A stretch of DNA of 64,000 bases from Mytilus californianus (lineage: Eukaryota), in NCBI RefSeq assembly GCF_021869535.1, contig NW_026262581.1, forward strand, positions 35,402,001-35,466,000, written 5' to 3'. Shown here piece after piece: positions 27,103 through 36,219 of this stretch (positions within the stretch are counted from its first letter, which is position 1; the number at the start of each line of letters is the position of its first letter). The notes beneath the pieces are model-generated. The model had not been told where the DNA came from, searched no databases, and saw only the letters and a program-made list of their open reading frames with translations. The position numbers were made by a program, and so were the translations under genes.

Positions 27103-28483
27103 CAGATAAACGAAAACACCTAATGAGCGTTATCGATTCTTATTAAGGCTTCATTCCCGTCTACTTTGTATGCAATGGGTTTTAACTTATTCAAGAATAG
27201 CAATTCAAGATTTCTTCAAAATATTATTTATTCTTTGCAGTGGATTTCTACTGAATATAGGCAACAATGTTAGATGTATGAAAAATCTCGAGAAAATCAC
27301 TTCCCGCCAAATTTTCAATGGCTTATATCTCGAAAACAAGCACACGGGTCCTTCAATTTTTTCTGCTTTTTAAGTTCCTTTATTCATATACTTTCAATTT
27401 ACAAGTCTTTTAAAAAGCTTGTTATTTTGAAACAGAGTAGCGAACATCCTTAAGCTAATTTGTTGGTCGTGAAAATGAAACTTGTTAAATATTAGCGTCA
27501 ATACAGAAGTGCTGACTACTGGGCTGGTGATACCCTCAGGAAAAAACCTCCACCAGCAGTGGTATCGACTCAGAGGTTGTGAATAAACTCATCATAGTTA
27601 CCAGGTTAATTTTGAGGTTGCCAGACGCGCCTTTCGTCTTCAAAAGACTTCTCAGTTATGCTCGAATGAAAAAAAGTTAAAAAGACCAATGAAAGTACGA
27701 AGTTGAAGAGCATTTAGGACATAAAATTGCGAAAGGTTTCAAATTCAAATTATAAAATTCCCCAATATTTGACGCTGAACGTTAAGCAATTCTTAATCAA
27801 TAACCCCAGCCAATTTCGTTGTTTTAAATTTTTCTACAGCTTCTAATGTACACTTTAACACCATGACAGGATTTCCTAAATGCTTGTATTTTTCAGCAGC
27901 ATAAAGGTATAAATGCATTTTAATACAAATATTGCTGACTTCTGTTTTTTTTGGGAGAGGAAGAGGACTTTCTTTGTACAGGGCATGTCTTAAATTTGTG
28001 ATATATTTAGATAACTTTAATAAATATATCATAAGGTTAATGATAAATGAGATAACACATCGAAAATATATTTTCGCTTTCCCCTGCTCTTAATTCTTTT
28101 TTTTTTGTTATTTATTTTCCAAATCCTTGCTCATGTCTGGAGTCTGCTCCTACAGTAGTTAAACATAAGAATTTTATCTACTTAGCAAAAGTTATGATTT
28201 ATCTAAAGAATAGAAAAACAAAGGATATGGGGTATCCATCCATGACAAAAAATCAGTGCATGCGCAGCAAATAACACACAAAAAGCAAAGGAACAGCGCT
28301 TTAATTGCCATTCTTCATCTCAAAGTCACAGTGAGGCCTTCAACACGGAGCAAAAAAACCCCTCACCTCACTGCAAGTTTAAGACGGCCCTAGCACCTGT
28401 TGGAGCGGAATACTTTGCAAACTGAAATAATTCGGGTAGACATTGAAAGATGTAACACAAATTTAAAGCTACAATCGTCCTAC

Positions 28484-28532
28484 CTTGTGTAATCATGATA
28501 ATAATCAGGAACGTAAACATTTTGTAACTCAT
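28484..28532 (-). CDS. Signal-peptide first exon, copy A1 (MSYKMFTFLIIIMITQ + G), intact
   Basis: ATG at 28532, hydrophobic core FTFLIIIMI, phase-1 donor AG|GTAGG, and TATAAATA 61 nt upstream. Confidence 0.72.
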
Positions 28533-28592
28533 GTCGACAGTCATATATGCGCAACGTGCATTCATCATTATCGTACACGATCTGTGGTTCCT

Positions 28593-28600
28593 TATTTATA
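28593..28600 (-). promoter_or_regulatory. TATA box (TATAAATA) of copy A1
   Basis: Consensus TATA at a plausible distance from the signal-peptide ATG. The same box is present at 31198-31205. Confidence 0.55.
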
Positions 28601-29334
28601 TCATAAGATGTTTTATGCAATTAAATTATTAAATTCATTTAATGTGTGCAACAGGAGAATGAAATTGTTAAAAAAAGTAAAATCACAAAAATACTGAACT
28701 CCGAATACTTAAACGATTCTTTAGATACAATTTTATTCCGTCTCATGACATAGTTAATGTTATATAAATCGCATTATTTTAAAATGTGTGTATACAAATT
28801 TGCAAAGCATGTTAACAAAAAAAACCATTGACTTCAAAAAATGAAAACAACTTGTTATAAATTTAATATGTCCGAAGTGCTTTTCTGGAGAAGTTTTTGC
28901 ATATTAATTATAAATAATTCGAAAAACAACGCATTACGATTAACGTCGACATGTAATATAAATTGTTAATTCAAAATTTCAAAGAACACATGTTTTCAAT
29001 AGAATGTTTGAAGAAAACAAAGGTTCAAACTTTCTCAGACAAAGTCGGCTTCAGATGAATAAAGTTATTTTCTTTAGGTTCCGTTTTGGTCATATAGCTT
29101 CTTCAGTTTATAGGCATTTATTACTTCCGGCTTTCCAATGTTTAGGTTTAATGATTTCTGATGAAGACAAATCTAGTAAAGCGCTCAAGGCGCACGAAAT
29201 ATATAAAGTGTTATTTCTTTCTACCTCTTTACCTTACAACAACATATAACCCATACTCCACACCAAAATTTCACTTTCCATATATGCTTTATTAGATTGT
29301 CTTAACATATATTTAAATATCATATCATAATTAC

Positions 29335-29448
29335 CGTAACAACACTTCTTATGATGACAGCACCCATGCCCATTGACCGATGTTTCTGTAGATAAACATT
29401 CCCTTTTACACGTTCCATTCAGAGCAGAACATCGTGTGCCATGCACGT
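29335..29448 (-). CDS. Beta-defensin-like Cys-rich module exon B1 (D-VHGTRCSALNGTCKRECLSTETSVNGHGCCHHKKCCY-x)
   Basis: ttccttag acceptor and G|GTAATT donor. 114 nt, symmetrical phase 1-1. Cys spacing C-x6-C-x3-C-x11-CC-x4-CC resembles the big-defensin C-terminal beta-defensin domain. Confidence 0.8.
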
Positions 29449-29867
29449 CTAAGGAATACATTCGAAAAAGGTAATTAAACTAGTTTGTTGGTCGTAATAA
29501 TGAAACTTATTGAATGTTAGCGCCTTGTATAACTTTTCTTTTTCTTAAATTGTCCGTTAAACTAGAGGGATTTTTTTACAGAATGTTGGATATTTGATTA
29601 TCTGTGGAATGTTTGAACAATTTTATTATTTATAAATTAGTATTCTTGTGTTCAATTAACAAGGACTCGCGGAATCCAAGTCCGATAAAATTTGTTCAAT
29701 TGACTGTTTTCCTCTGGATTGTTACCTCTTGCGGAAGCACGTTTAAAATCCGACACCATATATCAATTACGTTTAAAGTGTGATATATTCATATTTCATT
29801 CACATGATTTTGTTCTGAATATTCAGACATGCAATAAACTCATCATAGAAACCAGGATTAAAATTTT

Positions 29868-29916
29868 GTACGCCAGACGAGCGTTTTGTCTTTAAATGAC
29901 TCATCAGTGACGCTCA
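29868..29916 (-). ncRNA. Degenerate type I hammerhead core (G12A); duplicated at 36130-36177
   Basis: gcgtca-CTGATGA-gtcatttaaagac-AAAA-cgctcg-TC-tggcgt: everything is in place except GAAA>AAAA. Confidence 0.65.
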
Positions 29917-31088
29917 AATCAAAAAATTTAAAAATGCCAAATAAAGTATGAAGTTGAAGAGCAATAAAGACAAAATTCAGAAACGTTTTGCCAAATACAG
30001 CTACGGTAATTTATTCATAGGGTAGAAGATCCTTAGTATTTCGAAAAATTTAAAGTTTTATAAACAGTTAATTTATAATTATGACCATATCAATGATAAT
30101 TCATGTCAATACAGAAGTGCTGACTACTGGACTGGTGATACCCTCAGGAAGAAACCTCCACCAGCAGTGGCATCGACAAAAGTGGTTGTAAATAAACTCA
30201 TCATATAGATACTAGGATCAACGTTGAGTACGCCAGACGCGCCTTCAAAAGACTCATCAGTGATGCTCGAATGAAAAAAGTAAAGAAAGGCCAAAAAAAG
30301 TCCGAAGTTGAAGAGTAGTGAGGACTCAAAATTACGAAATGTTTCAAATTCAAATTTTAAATTCCGCAATATTTGACGCTGAACGTTAAGCAATTCTTAA
30401 TCAATTATCCCAGCCAATTTCGTTGTTTTAAAATTTTCTACAGCTTCTAATGTATACTTTAACACCATGACAGGATTTCCTAAATGCTTGTATTTTTCAG
30501 CAGCATATAGGTATAAATGCATTTCAATACAAATATTGCTGACTTCTGGTTTTTTGGGGAGAGGAAGAGGACTTTCTTTGTACTGGGCATGTCTTAAACT
30601 TGTGATATATCTAGATAACATTCATAAATATATCATAAGGTTAATGATTAATGAGACAACACATCGAAAATATATTTTCGCTTTCCCCTGCTCTTAATTC
30701 TTTTTTTTTTGTTATTTATTTTCCAAATCCTTGCTCATGTCTGGAGTCTGCTCCTACAGTAGTTAAACATAAGAATTTTATCTACTTAGCAAAAGTTATG
30801 ATTCATCTATAGAATAGAAAAACAAAGGATATGGGGTATCCATCCATGACAAAAAATCAGTACATGCTCAGCAAATAACACACAAATAGCAAAGGAACAG
30901 CGCTTTAATTGCCGTTCTTCATCTCAAAGTCACAGTGAGGCCTTCAACACGGAGCAAAAAAAAACCTCACCTCACTGCAATTTTAAGACGGTCCTAGCAC
31001 CTGTTGGAGTGGAATACTTTGCAAACTGAAATAATTCGGGTAGATATTGTAAGATGTAACACAAAAGCAAAAGCTACAATCGTCCTTC

Positions 31089-31137
31089 CTTGTGTAATCA
31101 TGATAATAATCAGGAACGTAAACATTTTGTAACTCAT
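31089..31137 (-). pseudogene. Signal-peptide first exon copy A2, splice donor mutated GT>GA
   Basis: Same 49-nt coding segment as A1. The donor reads AG|GAAGG (31088-31087). TATA is intact at 31198-31205. Confidence 0.7.
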
Positions 31138-32509
31138 GTCGACAGTCATATATGCGCAACTTGCATTCATCATTATCGTAAAAGATCTGTGGCTCCTTAT
31201 TTATATCATAAGATGTTTTATGCAGTTAAATTATTAAATTCCTTTAATGTGTGCAACAGGAGAATGAAATTGTTAAATGATTCTTTAGATACAATTTACT
31301 TCCGTCTAATAACACAGTTAATGTTATATTAATCGCATTATTAATGTTAGTATACAAATTTACAAAGCGTGTTAACAAAAAAAACCCATTGACTTCAAAA
31401 AATGAAAACAACACGTTATTAATTTAATGCGTCCGAAGCGCTTTTCTGGAGAAGTTTTTGCATATGAATTATAAATCATTCGAATAACAATGCATTACGA
31501 TAAAGCGTCGACATATAATAAAAATTGTTAATTTAAAATTTCAAAGAACACATGTTTTCAATATAATATTTGCAGTATTCATGACGTGTCGCAACAATAA
31601 CTTCACTTGAAACGCTTGAAATAATCAATAAGATATGCAACTGCATAAGACGTTTGTAAACATCAACAACAAAAGGACTAAAACAAAACAGTCAAATCTT
31701 CAATCTACTGGCATGATTTATCATTCTATGTGCATAGCAGTATAAAAAATGTTAAATCATACTTTTCAAATGAGATTTTTAGATAATCTCCTTTTAAGGT
31801 AAATTTCTGAAGAAACAGCTCGGCTAGAGTACGGTTAATTGTTTGTAATAACATAAAGGTTTACAGTACCAATTTTACTGACAAATACTCATTTCAAAAA
31901 TTAATGGTATTAGTGAGACTCGGGCCCAAACATATTTGAAAATCAAAATTCAAACGTTGATAGGCTTCATCTGCACATGTGTGTCTTACTCTGATACTCA
32001 GCTAGAAATCAGATATGGGAATAATTAGAAGTTCATGAAACGCTAACGAGGTAAACTAAATAACCTGTGGATCAAACTTGACAGATAGACCTTTGAAACG
32101 CTATAGATTGTTATCTGGACTGTTTAACATTCGTTCGTATAAATTTATTAAAAATTCCGCATACGAAGTATGGTATTATTGATGCTTATATGTTCAAAGC
32201 AACTGCTTTCGAAAGTTGAAAAAAATGAAAATGATACTTTAAAGATTGTGTGCGTCCTCTGCGATTTCTGATCAACCCACATCAAGAACGTTAAAACCCA
32301 AACAAATGAATAATGTTTAAACACAAGTTGCTTTTTAAAAAAAAAGTCAATACGTGAACCTAAGAACTTTTTTATGCTAATTATTATTTCAACTGAATTG
32401 TAAATGGTATCTCAGTATTTTCATTACCATGTGTGTGTGGAGGATAATATTTTCTTTTTATTGTAAATCAGGACAATTATGGCATGTTGAGAGTGATGTT
32501 AAATATAAA

Positions 32510-32630
32510 GAAGGGAGATAAGGAATGTTTTTATTTCAATAGTTCATTCCTGGATGGTGTTAGCTTTCATTTTTACCAGTTTGACTACTACCAATGGATG
32601 ACACTTCTAGGGTGTTTATTGGTAGAGGTA
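32510..32630 (+). pseudogene. Highly decayed Penelope-like RT fragment inside the W block (also about 34385-34505 and 39890-40015)
   Basis: ggagataaggaatgttttta...ttcctggatggtg...tctagggtgtttatt resembles YDKRDDF...FPFLDG...SYGVYI. Resemblance is by eye only. Confidence 0.35.
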
Positions 32631-32966
32631 ATATTTCACCTAGAATCCTTCAGTAAATTTATATATTTTTCTTTTTAAAATACATATTATGGAGCAATAA
32701 CGATATTTTGTTTCATAAAATGTGGAAGTTTTATTCCTACCAAATAAGACAAAATCTACTTGCTTCCCATTTTATTTTGTGCCGTAAAATCTTCTTCATC
32801 TCAAAGTCACAGTGAGGCCTTCAACACGGAGCAAAAAAAAAACCTCACCTCACTGCAAGTTTAAGACGGCCCTAGCACCTGTTGGAGCGGAATACTTTGC
32901 AAACTGAAATAATTCGGGTAGATATTGTAAGATGTAACACAAAAGCAAAAGCTACAATCGTCCTAC

Positions 32967-33015
32967 CTTGTGTAATCATGATAATAATCAGGAACGTAAA
33001 CATTTTGTAACTCAT
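32967..33015 (-). CDS. Signal-peptide first exon copy A3, donor intact, TATA mutated (TATGAATA at 33076-33083)
   Basis: ATG at 33015 and AG|GTAGG donor at 32966. It is the nearest upstream intact donor for exon B1. Confidence 0.6.
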
Positions 33016-34843
33016 GTCGACAGTCATATATGCGCAACTTGCATTCATCATTATCGTAAAAGATCTGTGGCTCCTTATTCATATCATAAGATGTTTTATG
33101 CAGTTAAATTATTAAATTCCTTTAATGTGTGTAACAGGAGAATGAAATTGTTAAATGATTCTTTTGATACAATTTACTTCCGTCTAATAACACAGTTAAT
33201 GTTATATAAATCGCATTATTAATGTTTGTATACAAATTTACAAAGCGTGTTAACAAAAAAAAACCCATTGACTTCAAAAAATGAAAACAACACGTTATTA
33301 ATTTAATGCGTCCGAAGCGCTTTTCTGGAGAAGTTTTTGCATATGAATTATAAATCATTCGAATAACAATGCATTACGATAAAGCGTCGACATATAATAA
33401 AAATTGTTAATTTAAAATTTCAAAGAACACATGTTTTCAATATAATATTTGCAGTATTCATGACGTGTCGCAACAATAACTTCACTTGAAACTCTTGAAA
33501 TAATCAATAAGATATGCAACTGCATAAGACGTTTGTAAACATCAACAACAAAAGGACTAAAACAAAACAGTCAAATCTTCAATCTACTGGCATGATTTAT
33601 CATTCTATGTGCATAGCAGTATAAAAAATGTTAAATCATACTTTTCAAATGAGATTTTTAGATAATCTCCTTTTAAGGTAAATTTCTGAAGAAACAGCTC
33701 GGCTAGAGTACGGTTAATTGTTTGTAATAACATAAAGGTTTACAGTACCAATTTTACTGACAAATACTCATTTCAAAAATTAATGGTATTAGTGAGACTC
33801 GGGCCCAAACATATTTGAAAATCAAAATTCAAACGTTGATAGGCTTCATCTGCACATGTGTGTCTTACTCTGATACTCAGCTAGAAATCAGATATGGGAA
33901 TAATTAGAAGTTCATGAAACGCTAACGAGGTAAACTAAATAACCTGTGGATCAAACTTGACAGATAGACCTTTGAAACGCTATAGATCGTTATCTGGACT
34001 GTTTAACATTCGTTCGTATAAATTTATTAAAAATTCCGCATACGAAGTATGGTATTATTGATGCTTATATGTTCAAAGCAACTGCTTTCGAAAGTTAAAA
34101 AAAATGAAAATGATACCTTAAAGATTGTGTGCGTCCTCTGCGATTTCTGATCAACCCACATCAAGAACGTTAAAACCCAAACAAATGAATAATGTTTAAA
34201 CACAAGTTGCTTTTTAAAAAAAAAGTCAATACGTGAACCTAAGAACTGTTTTATGCTAATTATTATTTCAACTGAATTGTAAATGGTATCTCAGTATTTT
34301 CATTACCATGTGTGTGGAGGATAATATTTTCTTTTTATTGTAAATCAGGACAATTATGGCATGTTGAGAGTGATGTTAAATATAAAGAAGGGAGATAAGG
34401 AATATTTTTATTTCAATAGTTCATTCCTGGATGGTGTTAGCTTTCATTTTTACCAGTTTGACTACTACCAATGGATGACACTTCTAGGGTGTTTATTGGT
34501 AGAGGTAATATTTCAACTAGAATCCTTCAGTAATTTTATATATTTTTCTTTTTAAAATACATATTATAGAGCAATAACGATATTTTGTTTCATAAAATGT
34601 GGAAGTTTTATTCCTACCAAATAAGACAAAATCTACTTGCTTCCCATTTTATTTTGTGCCGTAAAATCTTCTTCATCTCAAAGTCACAGTGAGGCCTTCA
34701 ACACGGAGCAAAAAAAAAACCTCACCTCACTGCAAGTTTAAGACGGCCCTAGCACCTGTTGGAGCGGAATACTTTGCAAACTGAAATAATTCGGGTAGAT
34801 ATTGTAAGATGTAACACAAAAGCAAAAGCTACAATCGTCCTAC

Positions 34844-34880
34844 CTTGTGTAATCATGATAATAATCAGGAACGTAAACAT
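34844..34880 (-). pseudogene. Signal-peptide exon copy A4 with an 84-bp deletion removing TATA and MSYK
   Basis: aaacat is joined directly to aagatg via CAT microhomology. Relative to A1, 28521-28604 is missing. The second ATG (MFTFLIIIMITQ) and the GT donor remain. Confidence 0.7.
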
Positions 34881-35610
34881 AAGATGTTTGATGCAATTAA
34901 ATTATTAAATTAATTTAATGTGTGCAACAGGGGAATGAAATTGGTAAAAGAAGTAAAATCACAAAAATACTGAACTCCGAATACTTAAACGATTCTTTAG
35001 ATACAATTTTATTCCATCTCATGACATAGTTAATGTTATATAAATTGCATTATTTTAAAATGTGTGTATACAAATTTGCAAAGCATGTTAACAAAAAAAA
35101 CCATTGACTTCAAAAAATGAAAACAACTTGTTATAAATTTAATTCGTTCGAAGTGCTTTTCTGGAGAAGTTTTTGCATATTAATTATAAATAATTCGAAA
35201 AACAACGCATTACGATTAACGTCGACATGTAATATAAATTGTTATTTCAAAATTTCAAAGAACACATGTTTTCAATAGAATGTTTGAAGAAAACAAAGGT
35301 TCAAACTTTCTCAGACAAATTCGGCTTCAGATGAATAAAGTTATTTTCTTTAGGTTCCGTTTTGGTCATATAGCTTCTTCAGTTTATAGGCATTTATTAC
35401 TTCCGGCTTTCCAATGTTTAGGTTTAATGATTTCTGATGAAGACAAATCTAGTAAAGCGCTCAAGGCGCACGAAATATATAAAGTGTTATTTCTCTCTAC
35501 CTCTTTACCTTACAACAACATATAACCCATACTCCACACCAAAATTTCACTTTCCATATATGCTTTATTAGATTGTCTTAACATATATTTAAATATCATA
35601 TCATAATTAC

Positions 35611-35724
35611 CGTAACAACACTTCTTATGATGACAGCACCCATGCCCATTGACCGATGTTTCTGTAGATAAACATTCCCTTTTACACGTTCCTTTCAGAG
35701 CAGAACATTGTGTGCCATGCATGT
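35611..35724 (-). CDS. Beta-defensin-like module exon B2 (D-MHGTQCSALKGTCKRECLSTETSVNGHGCCHHKKCCY-x); no upstream first exon found
   Basis: Same splice sites and 114-nt length as B1, with 3 substitutions. Confidence 0.7.
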
Positions 35725-36219
35725 CTAAGGAATACATTCGAAAAAGGTAATTAAACTAGTTTGTTGGTCGTAATAATGAAACTTATTGAATGTTAGCGCC
35801 TTGTATAACTTTTCTTTTCTCTTAAATTGTCCGTTAAACTAGAGGGATTTTTTTACAGAATGTTGGATATTTGATTATCTGTGGAATGTTTGAACAATTG
35901 AATTATTTATAAATTAGTATTCCTGTGTTCAATTAACAAGGACTCGCGGAATCCAAGTCCGATAAAATTTGTTCAATTGACTGTTTTCCTCTGGATTGTT
36001 ACCTCTTGCGGAAGCACGTTTAAAATCCGACACCATATATCAATTACGTTTAAAGTGTGATATATTCATATTTCATTCACATGATTTTGTTCTGAATATT
36101 CAGACATGCAATAACCAGGATTAAAATTTTGTACGCAAGACGAGCGTTTTGTCTTTAAATGACTCATCAGTGACGCTCAAATCAAAAAATTTAAAAATGC
36201 CAAATAAAGCACGAAGTTG

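Larger units (their letters stand above)
27500..36219. repeat. Tandem segmental-duplication array: X(27.5-28.3k), A-Y(28.3-29.0k), B-Z(29.0-30.1k), X'(30.1-30.9k), A-Y'(30.9-31.6k), W(31.6-32.8k), A-Y''(32.8-33.4k), W'(33.4-34.7k), A-Y'''(34.7-35.3k), B-Z'(35.3-36.2k)
   Basis: The anchor cttcatctcaaagtcacagtgaggccttcaacacggagc occurs four times. Long blocks are near-identical, and the duplicated ORFs in the supplied track (for example 29004/35280, 32484/34361) confirm this. Confidence 0.92.

Noticed and set aside
28368-28568. 66-aa ORF MMNARC...AVLNLQ as a stand-alone peptide gene
   Set aside because: The frame after the GT donor is not conserved between copies (62 versus 63 nt), which indicates intron rather than coding sequence.
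28484-28583. Exon A read as an internal or terminal exon (IVYDNDECTLRIYDCRHEL..., or D-R-V-R-stop after B)
   Set aside because: The only AG (ccacag) has no pyrimidine tract and sits just behind a TATA box. The signal-peptide frame explains the sequence better.
29234-29461. ORF-track peptide MYSLDVHG...CCYGNYDMIFKY... as a single-exon defensin
   Set aside because: It has no signal peptide, and both ends are better explained by the strong acceptor at 29449 and donor at 29334. The flanking residues are intronic.
32484-32678. Thrice-repeated ORF MLRVMLNIKKGDK... as a conserved small protein
   Set aside because: Conservation is explained by recent block duplication, and the sequence looks like a decayed Penelope RT in another frame.
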